Part shown: positions 48,572-58,577 of the stretch, piece after piece
How positions within the stretch are numbered: position 1 is the stretch's first letter
Layout: each line of letters opens with the position of its first letter
DNA from: Nitrosopumilus sp.
Lineage (GTDB): Archaea; Thermoproteota; Nitrososphaeria; Nitrososphaerales; Nitrosopumilaceae
NCBI GenBank assembly: GCA_965207075.1
Contig: CBDBLO010000002.1
Coordinates: 928,001-992,000 of the forward strand
DNA: 64,000 bases
Direction of reading: 5' to 3'
Made by a program: the position numbers and the translations under genes
The notes under the pieces: generated by a model
Told to the model about the DNA's origin: nothing
Databases searched by the model: none
Seen by the model: the letters and a program-made list of their open reading frames with translations, nothing else

Positions 48572-49069
48572 TCACCCTGCCGCCTCGTTGTCGTCTATAA
48601 TGGTTCTTATCTTGGCGACCTCGTTTTTTACCGCTAGGTGCTCGCCGTTTATTCTCTCCTCGGACGGGAACGTCTCCTCGTCGGCAGGCACGTCCATGCC
48701 CGCATCTATGACCCCCTTCAGGGCGGCGGCCATTCTCTGGGTGTACCGCCTTGTCCCGGTGTACAGTATGGCGGTGCCGGTCCCCTTTCTGACTGCACGC
48801 TTGCCTGCCGTGTATCCTGTAAGGTACGCTGCCGAAAGGTTCTTTCTTGAGCCCTTCCATCCCTGGCTGAGCAGGTTTCTGGAATGGGCGGAGGCTATGA
48901 CCGTGTCGCCGGCCATCCCGGGCTTCAGTACCTGCACCTGGGTGTTCTCGTTTGTAATGTTTACCGTAACAAAGTTGTGCCTGCCGATCAGCATGGTGGC
49001 CCGCTTCTTGTAGTTGGTCTTTCGCTCGCGCAGCCTGCGCAGTATCTTGGAGTATGCCAATAGGGACAA
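48572..49069 (-). CDS. rpl18: 50S ribosomal protein L18
   Basis: KTNYKKR, NLSAAYLTG and RINGEH. Confidence 0.95.
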   Translation of the reverse strand: MSLLAYSKILRRLRERKTNYKKRATMLIGRHNFVTVNITNENTQVQVLKPGMAGDTVIASAHSRNLLSQGWKGSRKNLSAAYLTGYTAGKRAVRKGTGTAILYTGTRRYTQRMAAALKGVIDAGMDVPADEETFPSEERINGEHLAVKNEVAKIRTIIDDNEAAG

Positions 49070-49334
49070 CCCTTTGATTTGGACTTATATACGTAAAGGA
49101 ATCGGCGGCTTTGTCCAAAAATCCGCCCCAGCCGCGTCAGAGCCAAGGCAGGCAGATCGCGTCGCTGGCGCACGGGGGTGCCCGATACAACGTGGGCAAA
49201 AGGACCTCTAGCTGACTGTCGGCGGCCTTGCCTGCTCTGCCGGCTATGCGTACCAAGACTGGGTTCCGGCAGTTGCCAACAGCTGCCAACAGTTGCCGGC
49301 AGTAGGCGCAAAAGAATCCCGGCGGACGCGTCGA

Positions 49335-50249
49335 TCACTTGCGTATCAGCGCCTCGAGGAGCGCCTTTTGTGCATGAAGCCTGTTTTCCGCCTCGTCCCA
49401 TACTGCCGATTGGGGCCCGTCAATCACGTCTGCCGTGACCTCCTGGCCTCGTTTTGCGGGAAGGCAGTGCATGAAGATCGCATCTTGATCTGCCTTGTCC
49501 ATAAGCTTCCGGTTCACCTGGTATCTTGGCAGAAACGCCTTGGCTCGTCCTGCGCCTTTGTTGTGTATGGAGCTAAACGTGTCTGTCATGACCACGTCCG
49601 CGCCCTTTACTGCAATGCTCGGATCCTCGGTCTGTATCACCTCCGTGTTCTTGCATGCCTCCCTTACGACGCCTTTGTCCGGCGCATGTCTCTTCGGGGT
49701 TGCCACTGCAACCGACGCGCCCGCAAGTGCAACCCCGTAAATCATGGAGTTGCACACGTTGTTTCCGTCGCCTACCCATGCAATCCTCAGGCCGTCAAGC
49801 TTTTTCTTCCTCTCCTTTATGGTCATGAGGTCGGCCAGAATCTGGCACGGGTGGAACATGTCTGACAGTCCATTTATCACGGGTATGCCTGAATGGGCCG
49901 CCAGCCTCTCGATCGTCTCGTGCTCGTACACCCTGGCCATTACACAGTCTGCATATCCAGAAAGCGTCCTTGCGGTATCCTCGACGGTCTCTCCGCGTGA
50001 CAGCTGCATCTCGCTTGCGGCCAGATTGACTGCGTGCCCTCCCAACTGGCGCATCCCTATCTCAAAGCTTACGCGTGTGCGCGTCGACGGCTTTTGGAAC
50101 ACCATGACAAGCGACCTGCACCTGAGCGTTTCATGCCGTCTGCCGTTCTTGAGATCCGACTTTAGCTTTGAGGCGCGCCGTAGCAGCATTGCGAGCTCCT
50201 TTGGAGTCAGCTCCGACAACGTAAGCAGATGCCTTGTCCCAAGCTTCAT
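49335..50249 (-). CDS. argF: Ornithine carbamoyltransferase
   Basis: STRTR, HPCQ, HCLP and AENR. Confidence 0.96.
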   Translation of the reverse strand: MKLGTRHLLTLSELTPKELAMLLRRASKLKSDLKNGRRHETLRCRSLVMVFQKPSTRTRVSFEIGMRQLGGHAVNLAASEMQLSRGETVEDTARTLSGYADCVMARVYEHETIERLAAHSGIPVINGLSDMFHPCQILADLMTIKERKKKLDGLRIAWVGDGNNVCNSMIYGVALAGASVAVATPKRHAPDKGVVREACKNTEVIQTEDPSIAVKGADVVMTDTFSSIHNKGAGRAKAFLPRYQVNRKLMDKADQDAIFMHCLPAKRGQEVTADVIDGPQSAVWDEAENRLHAQKALLEALIRK

Positions 50250-50258
50250 CTAATCCTG

Positions 50259-51956
50259 TCACCCCTTTCTAAAAAATCCAAACCTGCGCTTCTTTTTAGG
50301 CATGTCATTTTTATCTTGCTGCTCCGGTTCTTGTCCGGCCTTCTTACCGTTACGGTCTGCGCCTACGTCGTGGTCTTCTCGGGCGCCCTCCTCCACCTTG
50401 TCGCCTCCGTCGTAATCCCGGTTGTCTTCCTCCCGTTCCCCCTCGTCGTCGTCTGTCTCAGATACGTCATCGTCGCCGGGGTCCGGCCTGCCGTCTGCAA
50501 TCCATCCCCTTATCTTCTCTGCAAGTCCGTACGCCTCCCTGTCGTTCTCGGGGGGTGGGACGTCAAACCTGTCAGAGTATTCTGCAATGTCGGAATCTGC
50601 AATTCCGTGGAACGGATCGTCTGATGATGATGATGATGATGATGATGACGACGATGGAGGCGGCGACGGAGGCGACGGAGGCGACGATTCCGCATCCTCC
50701 GGTTCAGATTCTTCGATCTTGGGCGCCGTCTGGACGTCCGGTTCCGGCCCTGAAGCCGGCTCCGGCTCCGGCGGGCTCTCGTGACTCTCCGCACGTGGCG
50801 GTATCTCTGATGCAGGCCCCGCAGGCGACGGCTCCTGTGGCGGGACTATCTCGCCCTCCGGTTCTCTCTGTCCTGAACTGTCGGTCTCTTCTGCCCCCTT
50901 TGCTGCACCTGCATCAGCATCCACAGTGGCGGCCTCCTCCACGGTGTCCAGTTCTGCCGGCATCTCTTCGCCCTCCGACTCTCCTGGCCGTCCTGCGCCT
51001 GCCTGTGCGGCACCTGCCGCGGGAGCCTCTAAATCGGCGCCGGCCGCGCCGTCCTCTCCGAAAACCATCTCCAGAAACGCCCTCTTGTCAAACGGCCTTA
51101 GGTCGGCGTACTCCTGCCCGACCCCCACGTAGAGTATGGGCGTGGACGTGACCTTTGCAATCGAGAGGGCCGCGCCCCCCCGGGCGTCGGCATCTGCCTT
51201 TGTCAGGATGGCCGCGTCAAACCTCGTATGCTCGTAGAACTCCCTTGCCTGGTTTACCGTGTCGTTTCCGGCCAGCGAGTCGCCCACGAATATCTTTACG
51301 TCCGGGTTCACCACCTTTGTAATCTTTGCAATCTGCTCCATCAGGTTCTTGCTGGTCTGCATCCTGCCGGCGGTGTCTATCAACACGCAGTCCGTGCGGT
51401 GGGCCCTTGCGTACAGGACGGCGTCCCTTGCCACCGCGGCCGGATCTGAATTGTAGTTTTGCGCAACAAGCTTTAGGTTCAGGCGCCTCGTATGCTCCTT
51501 GAGCTGCTCTATGGCTCCAGCGCGGAACGTGTCTGACGCGGCGACGACAACGGAATATTTTGACTGCTGCAGCATGTGCGCCATCTTTGCAAGCGTTGTG
51601 GTCTTTCCCGTCCCGTTGATTCCCACGAACAGAATCAGAAACGGCTCGCCGGATGCCTTTTTTCTACTGATCATATCCAAGAGGTCGACGCGGCCCGCCG
51701 AGTCGAAGAGCGACGATATGCTTGAGACCAGGCTGGACTTTATGGCGTCTGGTATCCTGGATTTTTCCACCCTCAAACCTATAAGATCCTTTTTTAGGTC
51801 GGCCTTTATCGAGTCTGTCACCTCGCTTGCGACGTCGGACTCTAGGAGCGATATCTCAAGCTCGAACAGCACGTCGTCGATGTCCTTTTCCTTTAGCTCC
51901 CTCTCGCCCAGACTCTTTGCCACGCCGGCAAACGCGCCGCGCAGCTTGTCAAACAT
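50259..51956 (-). CDS. ftsY: SRP receptor FtsY with long C-terminal acidic extension
   Basis: GINGTGKTT, DTFRAGA, DTAGR, TKAD and GVGQ in the N-terminal ~305 aa. Confidence 0.95.
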   Translation of the reverse strand: MFDKLRGAFAGVAKSLGERELKEKDIDDVLFELEISLLESDVASEVTDSIKADLKKDLIGLRVEKSRIPDAIKSSLVSSISSLFDSAGRVDLLDMISRKKASGEPFLILFVGINGTGKTTTLAKMAHMLQQSKYSVVVAASDTFRAGAIEQLKEHTRRLNLKLVAQNYNSDPAAVARDAVLYARAHRTDCVLIDTAGRMQTSKNLMEQIAKITKVVNPDVKIFVGDSLAGNDTVNQAREFYEHTRFDAAILTKADADARGGAALSIAKVTSTPILYVGVGQEYADLRPFDKRAFLEMVFGEDGAAGADLEAPAAGAAQAGAGRPGESEGEEMPAELDTVEEAATVDADAGAAKGAEETDSSGQREPEGEIVPPQEPSPAGPASEIPPRAESHESPPEPEPASGPEPDVQTAPKIEESEPEDAESSPPSPPSPPPSSSSSSSSSSSDDPFHGIADSDIAEYSDRFDVPPPENDREAYGLAEKIRGWIADGRPDPGDDDVSETDDDEGEREEDNRDYDGGDKVEEGAREDHDVGADRNGKKAGQEPEQQDKNDMPKKKRRFGFFRKG

Positions 51957-52425
51957 GCCCTCTCTGGCCGTACGCGGACTGTATGACTTGGTTAATCTGC
52001 ATCCTGTACTGCTCTATGTGCTCTGCCAGGTTTGTCTTCTCGGCGCCCGTGTTCTTGATTGCCACGTCGATCTCCCTTATGCGGTTCTCCAGATAGTCCA
52101 GCACGTGCTTGGGATCCTTCTCGACTGCGACCCCCGAGCCGATCTCCAGCAGCATCTTGTCTGACGGGGCGACCTTTGCCTGCACAAAGACGCCTCCGCC
52201 TATGGCCAGCAGGGTCTCGGACGATGATTCTGGTGTCCCGCCGGCCCCGTTCTCCTTGATCTGCCTGACTGACTCTATTGCACTGGCCGCGGCCGCGCGC
52301 GCCCTGACTGCCGCCTCCTCGTTTCGGATTACCATCTCAAGCTGGTCCTCCATTGCCTTTATTGCCGCGGCCATCTGCTCTGCCCTCTGCTCCGGGGTCA
52401 TGCCGCCGCCGCCGCTGCTGCTCAT
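51949..52425 (-). CDS. pfdA: Prefoldin alpha subunit
   Basis: Two hairpins (IGGGVFV, IGSGVAVEK) between coiled coils. Confidence 0.92.
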   Translation of the reverse strand: MSSSGGGGMTPEQRAEQMAAAIKAMEDQLEMVIRNEEAAVRARAAAASAIESVRQIKENGAGGTPESSSETLLAIGGGVFVQAKVAPSDKMLLEIGSGVAVEKDPKHVLDYLENRIREIDVAIKNTGAEKTNLAEHIEQYRMQINQVIQSAYGQRGHV

Positions 52426-52521
52426 GTGCCGTCATGCCCCCTTGATGGTTATAAACGGTGATGGAAAATGGCGGCCGCCCCGCCGCTCAAAGTCTAAAAA
52501 AATGGATAATGCGTGAAAGGG

Positions 52522-53142
52522 TCAGGACGCGTCTGCAAGCCTCTTGTTTACCTCGTCCCAGTTGACCACGTTCCACCAAGCTGCAATGTAGTCGGGCCTC
52601 TTGTTCTGGTACTTGAGATAGTACGCATGCTCCCAGACGTCGCATCCCAAAAGAGGCACGAGCCCCTCGGTTCTGGGACTTGTCTGGTTGGGCATGGGCT
52701 TGTACTGGACCTTCTTTGACTCGGGGTTGTATACGAGCCAGCCCCATCCGCTACCCTGGATTACGGCCGTAGTCGAGTTGAACTTTTCCCTAAAGTCGGC
52801 AAAGCTTCCAAAGGTGTCGCTTATGGCGTCTGCCACGGCACCGCCGGGCTCCCCGCCTCCGTTGGGCTTCATGTTGTTCCAAAAGAGCCTGTGGTTGTCG
52901 TAGCCTCCTCCGTTGAAGTTGACTGCGCCCCTCTTGTCCTCGGGCACGGAGCCGATGTCTGCCAGTATGTCCAGTATGTCCTTGTCTTGGATCTCGGCCG
53001 GACACGACTCGAGGGCCGCGTTCAGCTTGTCCGTATACGCCTGGTGATGCTTGGTGTGGTGTATCTCCATGGTCCTTGCGTCTATGTGTGGCTCTAGCGC
53101 GTCGTACGCGTAGGGCATCTCAGGAAGTGTGTATTTTCCCAT
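52522..53142 (-). CDS. sod: Fe/Mn superoxide dismutase
   Basis: HHTKHH, NH..FW, GSGW and DVWEHAYY. Confidence 0.97.
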   Translation of the reverse strand: MGKYTLPEMPYAYDALEPHIDARTMEIHHTKHHQAYTDKLNAALESCPAEIQDKDILDILADIGSVPEDKRGAVNFNGGGYDNHRLFWNNMKPNGGGEPGGAVADAISDTFGSFADFREKFNSTTAVIQGSGWGWLVYNPESKKVQYKPMPNQTSPRTEGLVPLLGCDVWEHAYYLKYQNKRPDYIAAWWNVVNWDEVNKRLADAS

Positions 53143-53257
53143 GGCTGGACCCCCTTGGGACGTAATTTATTGGTTTTTCAACCATCTGCGCCGCGGGCGC
53201 GCCGATGCCGCCGCGGCCCTGCAATCGTTTTTACCTGACGTGCGAGAGGGCCACGTC

Positions 53258-55633
53258 ATGCGGCCCTCTGGCAGCACCGGATGCGATTCCTGCAAGGTGC
53301 GCGGCGATAAGCGGCCTGCGTACCCCCCTGCATACACTGCTGCCGCAGTTGTGACGTCCGCCACGATTGCGGCCGCGCTCGTCATCGCCGTGCTGGCGTC
53401 GTCGTACTCCACGCCCGGCGGGGATGACGGAATCCGGACATACCTTGAGCGGAGCGTGCCGTTTGTGGGTGGCGACGTTCCGCGGCTTGACGGCGTGGGC
53501 GGCGAGGGCATACTGATTGCGGTAATCGACACCGGGGTTGACTACGAGCATCCGGACATGCTTGGATGGCGGGGGGACGGCAAGGTGGCCGGCGGCTATA
53601 ACTTTCTGTGGGGGGACGATGGAAACGCGCCGCTTGACACGGACGGGCACGGCACGCAGGTGGCCGGAGTGGCGTCGGCCGACGGTAGCCTCCAGGGAGT
53701 CGCCCCAAAGTCCAGAATACTTGCCTACAAGGTGTCCGAAGACGGCAGCAATGTCTCCTCTGAGCTCATCGCCAGGGCCGTCACAAAAGCCGTCGAGGAC
53801 GGCGCCGATGTGATAAACATCAGCATGGGCGTAAGCACCAAGAACAGCGTGATCGAGGACGCGATAAACGAGGCGCTCGGGCGCGGCGCGCTTGTGGTGG
53901 TGGCGGCCGGAAACGACGGGCCCGGGACATCCACGATTGGGAGCCCGGGGCGCAGCAGCGGCTCCCTTACGGTGGGGGCAACGTACAACAACCTGACGTC
54001 AAGCCTGGTCGCGACGCTGGACGTTGCAGGCTCCTTCTCGTATACGGTAATACCCATGGTCGGCTCGGAGTCACTCGCCGAGCCGATCGACGCCGGGCTC
54101 GTATCTGCCGGATATGCCAAGGAGTCTGACTTTGAGGACGTTGATGCGAGGGGCGCCATTGTGATTGCCGAGCGCGGAAGCGACGTGGAGGGCGAGCTCC
54201 TGTATTTTTCGCTCAAAGAGTCGCACGCCGCAGACGCGGGCGCGGCCGCCCTTATTGTATACAACAACGTCGACGGCATGTTTTTGGGCGAACTCGCCCA
54301 CGAGTTCGCAGAACCCGGATACGCGCCTCGCATACCCGTGGTGTCCATGGAGCGCGAGGAGGGGCTTGAGCTTCTGGAGCTCTTGGCCAACGGCACCGCC
54401 TCAGACGCGTTGCTCCACCTGTTCCATAATCCTGACTTTGTGGCGCACTTCAGCTCGCGTGGGCCGGTCATGCCGTTCTTCATCAAGCCTGATGTGGTGG
54501 CCCCGGGCGCGTACATCAACACCACCCAGGCCGGCTCCGTGTACGAGATAATGAGCGGGACCAGCTATGCGGCACCCCACGCAAGCGGCGCCGCGGCACT
54601 GCTTCTGGAGAGAAACCCCGGGCTTGACAGGCACGAGTTAAAGTCCATCATAATGAACACCGCCGACCCCGTCATGGACGCGTACGGGCAGGAACTATCC
54701 GTACACGAGACCGGCTCCGGGCGGCTCAACATCACGAGGGCGTACGGGGCTGACATTGCGGTACTTCCGCCGAGCTTTGTGCTTGTCACGTCGGAGGGGG
54801 ACCGTACCTCTGAGGTGGTACTTGAGCTGCGTTCAGTAAGGCTCGCAGCCTCATATGGTGGTGATGGTGATGATGATGATGATGATGATGATGGCGGCAG
54901 CAAAAGCGGCGTAAGCGGCATCAAGAGGGTTCCGCTTGAGACCGAACTGGTTGGTGTCCGGTTTGAGGGGCCGAGTTTTGTGGACTTCTCCCACTCGTTT
55001 GAAGCCGGCTCCGTCCTTGCCCGCATGACGGTCACGTACAACGACACAGGTACAGTCGATGGCGCCGGCCCCGCACCGGCGCCTTTGGGGCACGGGCCGT
55101 ACGGAGAGCACGAGGGGCGCGTCGTTATAACGTACAACGGTTCCGAGTACGCGGTGCCGTTCCTGTTGCACCACACGCGCGGCTCTGTTGACGCGACCGT
55201 GTCGTACTCGGGCCTGCGGGACGCCAACGCGGCCGGGCGCCTGGACCTTGCGGTGTCTCACCCCGACGGCTGGGAGTTTGTAAAGATTGACGTAATTGAC
55301 AGCGTCTCTGAGGAGTCCGTCTCCGTCACGGCCACCCCGGCGGATGGAGCGTCTCCCTCACTTGAGGTGCTGCAGAACGGCACGTACTGGATAGACGCAA
55401 GGATAACGTCCGGCAACGGCACGTACGCCGCGTACGACATGATACGCGTCGGGCCCCATGACGATCCGGGCGCGCAGGCACCCGACCATCCGGGCCGTGA
55501 CGCGCCGCAACGCACCGCATTCTCACCGTCTGAGTCCCTGCCGATGCGGCAGATTGCAATTATTGCGGCCGTGGTGGCCGTGATAGGCGCACTGGGCGTC
55601 GCATTCCGCACGCGCGGGGGCCAGAACCGGTGA
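53258..55633 (+). CDS. Membrane-anchored S8 subtilisin-like protease with PA domain
   Basis: Catalytic IDTG, HGT and GTS; AAGN oxyanion hole; PA insert; N- and C-terminal TM segments. Confidence 0.92.
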   Translation: MRPSGSTGCDSCKVRGDKRPAYPPAYTAAAVVTSATIAAALVIAVLASSYSTPGGDDGIRTYLERSVPFVGGDVPRLDGVGGEGILIAVIDTGVDYEHPDMLGWRGDGKVAGGYNFLWGDDGNAPLDTDGHGTQVAGVASADGSLQGVAPKSRILAYKVSEDGSNVSSELIARAVTKAVEDGADVINISMGVSTKNSVIEDAINEALGRGALVVVAAGNDGPGTSTIGSPGRSSGSLTVGATYNNLTSSLVATLDVAGSFSYTVIPMVGSESLAEPIDAGLVSAGYAKESDFEDVDARGAIVIAERGSDVEGELLYFSLKESHAADAGAAALIVYNNVDGMFLGELAHEFAEPGYAPRIPVVSMEREEGLELLELLANGTASDALLHLFHNPDFVAHFSSRGPVMPFFIKPDVVAPGAYINTTQAGSVYEIMSGTSYAAPHASGAAALLLERNPGLDRHELKSIIMNTADPVMDAYGQELSVHETGSGRLNITRAYGADIAVLPPSFVLVTSEGDRTSEVVLELRSVRLAASYGGDGDDDDDDDDGGSKSGVSGIKRVPLETELVGVRFEGPSFVDFSHSFEAGSVLARMTVTYNDTGTVDGAGPAPAPLGHGPYGEHEGRVVITYNGSEYAVPFLLHHTRGSVDATVSYSGLRDANAAGRLDLAVSHPDGWEFVKIDVIDSVSEESVSVTATPADGASPSLEVLQNGTYWIDARITSGNGTYAAYDMIRVGPHDDPGAQAPDHPGRDAPQRTAFSPSESLPMRQIAIIAAVVAVIGALGVAFRTRGGQNR

Positions 55634-55636
55634 CTG

Positions 55637-57256
55637 CTATGAGGCCGCGTCCGGGGACGGGCCTGCAGCTATTATGTTGGGTGGCACGCCCGTAAACCTT
55701 GCAAAGTTGTCCACAAACATCTGCGCCAGCTTCTTGGCCGTGGCATCGTACGTGTCCTTGCATTCCCATGTGTTGCGCGGATCCAGTATCTCCGGCGGCA
55801 CGCCGTCCACGGCGCTTGGAACGTCCAGGTTGAACAGATCGTTGTGCACGTATGGGGCGTCGCTTATCGAGCCCATAAGCGCGGCGGTCACCATCGCCCT
55901 GCTGTACTTGATGCTTATGCGCTTTCCAACCCCGTAGGGGCCGCCGGACCAGCCCGTATTGATCAGGTACACCGAGGACTTGTGCCTTGCAATCTTCTCG
56001 CCGAGCATCTTTGCGTATACGGATGCGGGCCTCGGCATGAACGGGGCCCCGAAGCACTCCGAAAATACCGACTTTGGCTCCTTTATGCCGCGCTCGGTGC
56101 CTGCAAGCTTGCTTGTATATCCTGACATGAAGTGGTACATCGCCCCGTCGGCAGTCAGCCTGGAGACGGGCGGCAGCACCCCCAGCGCGTCGGCAGTCAG
56201 GAATACCACGACGCGCGGGTTTCCGCCCACGCTTGGTATCCTTGCCCCCGGGATGTGCTCAAGCGGATACGCGGCCCTTGTGTTCTCCGTCAGCGAGCTG
56301 TCCGAGTAGTCGGGAACGTTTCCGGGCCCCAGCGCGACGTTCTCCAGGACGGCCCCTGGGCGTATCGCGTCCCATATCTCCGGCTCGGCCTCCCTGCTGA
56401 GGTTTATGCACTTTGCATAGCAGCCGCCCTCAAAGTTGAACGTGCCGCCGTCGGACCACCCGTGCTCGTCGTCGCCTATTAGCATCCTGTCTGGATCTGC
56501 CGACAGCGTTGTCTTGCCCGTACCTGACAGTCCGAAGAAGAGGGCCGTGTCGTTGTCCCTCTTGCCGATGTTTGCAGAGCAGTGCATGGGAAAGACGCCG
56601 CGGTCGGGCAGGATGTAATTCATTACAGAAAAGACCGACTTTTTTATCTCTCCGGCGTATCTGGTGCCCCCTATTATCACGATCCTCTTTGAGAGGTTTA
56701 TTATTATGAACGCGTTTGAGCGGGTCCCGTCCCTCTCGGGTATGGCGTCAAAGTCGTTTGTGCACAAGACGGTAAGCTCCGGGCGGTGCGCCTTTAGCTC
56801 TTCGGCGGTGGGGCGTATGAACATGCAGCTGCTAAAGAGGCTCTGCCATGCGCGGTCGTTTATCACCCTTATGGGCAGCCGCTGCTTGGGGTCGGCCCCG
56901 GCAAATCCGTCAAACACAAAGAGCTCCTTGCCCCCGGCATGTTCCTTCATCCTATCGAGCAGGGCGTCAAACTTTTCTGGTGAAAACCCGCGGTTGATCT
57001 TGCCCCAGTCCACCGTATCGTGCGTCGTCTCATCGTCCACGATGAACCTGTCGTCGGGGGAGCGGCCTGTATATCTTCCAGTATTTACCGTAATCGAACC
57101 CGTCGAGCATATTGAGCCCTCGCCGCGCTTTACTGTCTGGTGCATCAGCGCATTTGCGCCCAGATTCCTGTGTATGCCCGCGGCGCGGATCCCGAACTCC
57201 TCGATCTGCGCCATAAAGGCGGCGTCGGAGTCGCCAAGCTCCTGCGTCAGGTGCAC
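55637..57256 (-). CDS. pckA: ATP-dependent PEP carboxykinase
   Basis: TGRSP, GLSGTGKTT, IGDDEHGW and EGGCYAK; GGAGG SD before GTG. Confidence 0.97.
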   Translation of the reverse strand: MHLTQELGDSDAAFMAQIEEFGIRAAGIHRNLGANALMHQTVKRGEGSICSTGSITVNTGRYTGRSPDDRFIVDDETTHDTVDWGKINRGFSPEKFDALLDRMKEHAGGKELFVFDGFAGADPKQRLPIRVINDRAWQSLFSSCMFIRPTAEELKAHRPELTVLCTNDFDAIPERDGTRSNAFIIINLSKRIVIIGGTRYAGEIKKSVFSVMNYILPDRGVFPMHCSANIGKRDNDTALFFGLSGTGKTTLSADPDRMLIGDDEHGWSDGGTFNFEGGCYAKCINLSREAEPEIWDAIRPGAVLENVALGPGNVPDYSDSSLTENTRAAYPLEHIPGARIPSVGGNPRVVVFLTADALGVLPPVSRLTADGAMYHFMSGYTSKLAGTERGIKEPKSVFSECFGAPFMPRPASVYAKMLGEKIARHKSSVYLINTGWSGGPYGVGKRISIKYSRAMVTAALMGSISDAPYVHNDLFNLDVPSAVDGVPPEILDPRNTWECKDTYDATAKKLAQMFVDNFARFTGVPPNIIAAGPSPDAAS

Positions 57257-57351
57257 GCGCCTCCGGGGTACGTGGCCGCGGTTGGTCCTGGACGCATGGT
57301 GGCAGTCGCCGAGCCGGGTGTGGAATTCAAGATGATTCGATCCCCCTGAAA

Positions 57352-57483
57352 TTACCTTATTATCCTTTGCGAGTCGTTGTGCATCTTCTGGTCCCTTTTC
57401 GGATCGTCGTCTTTCTGATTGTGGACTCGTGCGCTAGAAGAGGCGCGCGTATTGAGCCGCGATGGACCGGGCCGCCTGCCCAT
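57352..57483 (-). CDS. Possible 43-aa peptide upstream of pckA
   Basis: MGRRPG...HNQKDDDPKRDQKMHNDSQRIIR; the 3' half is AT-richer and looks coding compared with the flanking DNA. Confidence 0.3.
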   Translation of the reverse strand: MGRRPGPSRLNTRASSSARVHNQKDDDPKRDQKMHNDSQRIIR

Positions 57484-57715
57484 GACATCTGGAGGGCGCA
57501 GGCTGACAGGCGCTAACCTTCGAGGGACTTGGGCCCGTACTGCGCCGTCCCTGTCCCCCCTCCCCCACGACTGCCCTCGCGGTTCGGCAATCCTGGCAGT
57601 CATGCACGCACGCGCGCTCCTGAGCCGACAGAGGCGCCTAGTTCTGACCGCCCTGCCGCCACGTCCTTTGCCGCCTTCCGGCAACGTATTTATTTAAAAA
57701 TCCTGCAGGCCCCGC

Positions 57716-58114
57716 ATGCCAATAAACAAGGCCCTGCTCCAGAGGCGGGCCGCGCAAAAGGAACGCAACCCGGACTTTGTGCGTCCGGAGAGCTGGAGAT
57801 ACGTCCGCCTGCAGACCGGGTGGCGTAAGCCAAAGGGGATAGACAACCACCAGCGAAAGCAGAAGAGCCGCGGTCGCCCCGGCCTTGTAAAGATAGGATA
57901 TGGGGGGCCTAGGGACGCGCTAGGGCTACACCCGTCCGGGTATACGGACAACCTCGTATACAACCTGTCCGACCTTGACAGTCTGGATTCCAAAAAGGAC
58001 GGTGTCCGCATCGGCCACGGGGTCGGCACGCGCAAACGCCGCGAGATTGTGGCAAAGGCCGTGTCATTAAAGTTCAAGATATTCAACGCGAGGGTAAAGG
58101 CCGATGGTAGTTAA
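57716..58114 (+). CDS. rpl32e: 50S ribosomal protein L32e
   Basis: WRKPKGIDN, IGYG and LHPSG. Confidence 0.96.
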   Translation: MPINKALLQRRAAQKERNPDFVRPESWRYVRLQTGWRKPKGIDNHQRKQKSRGRPGLVKIGYGGPRDALGLHPSGYTDNLVYNLSDLDSLDSKKDGVRIGHGVGTRKRREIVAKAVSLKFKIFNARVKADGS

Positions 58115-58577
58115 CCTAAAGGCCAAGAAGAGGCTGGCGGCCCGCGTGCTGGGGGTCGGCGTCCACCGCGTAAGGCTTTCAGAAGACCACCTCGAGGACG
58201 TCTCAAATGCAATAACCCGAAACGAGATACGGAGCTTGGTGACTGCAAATACCATTACTGTCAGGCCGTTCACTGGAACCTCCCGCGGCAGGGCGCACGC
58301 CAAAAAGGCCCAGCGCAACAAGCGTGGCACGACGCAGGGCTCAAAGCAGGGGCGCAAGGGAGCGCGCGTGGGCAAAAAGGAGGTGTATGTGGCAAAGGTC
58401 AGGGCGCTCAGGAGACTGCTCAAGATTGCAAAGGTCAGGAACGACATTACAAACTCCGAGTTCTGGATGTTGTACAAAAAAGTCGGCGGGAACACAGTCC
58501 GAAACAAGGCCCATCTGCGGGCGCTGATGGAGGAGACAAAGGAGCGTAGAGAGTCCTCCGTGCCTGCGCGCGACTAG
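58104..58577 (+). CDS. rpl19e: 50S ribosomal protein L19e
   Basis: KRLAARVL, AITRNEIR and SRGR. Confidence 0.95.
   Translation: MVVNLKAKKRLAARVLGVGVHRVRLSEDHLEDVSNAITRNEIRSLVTANTITVRPFTGTSRGRAHAKKAQRNKRGTTQGSKQGRKGARVGKKEVYVAKVRALRRLLKIAKVRNDITNSEFWMLYKKVGGNTVRNKAHLRALMEETKERRESSVPARD

Noticed and set aside
49267-49300. CAG(T/C)TGCCAA 10-bp repeats downstream of argF
   Set aside because: Three short imperfect copies, consistent with local slippage or a terminator hairpin; no further support.
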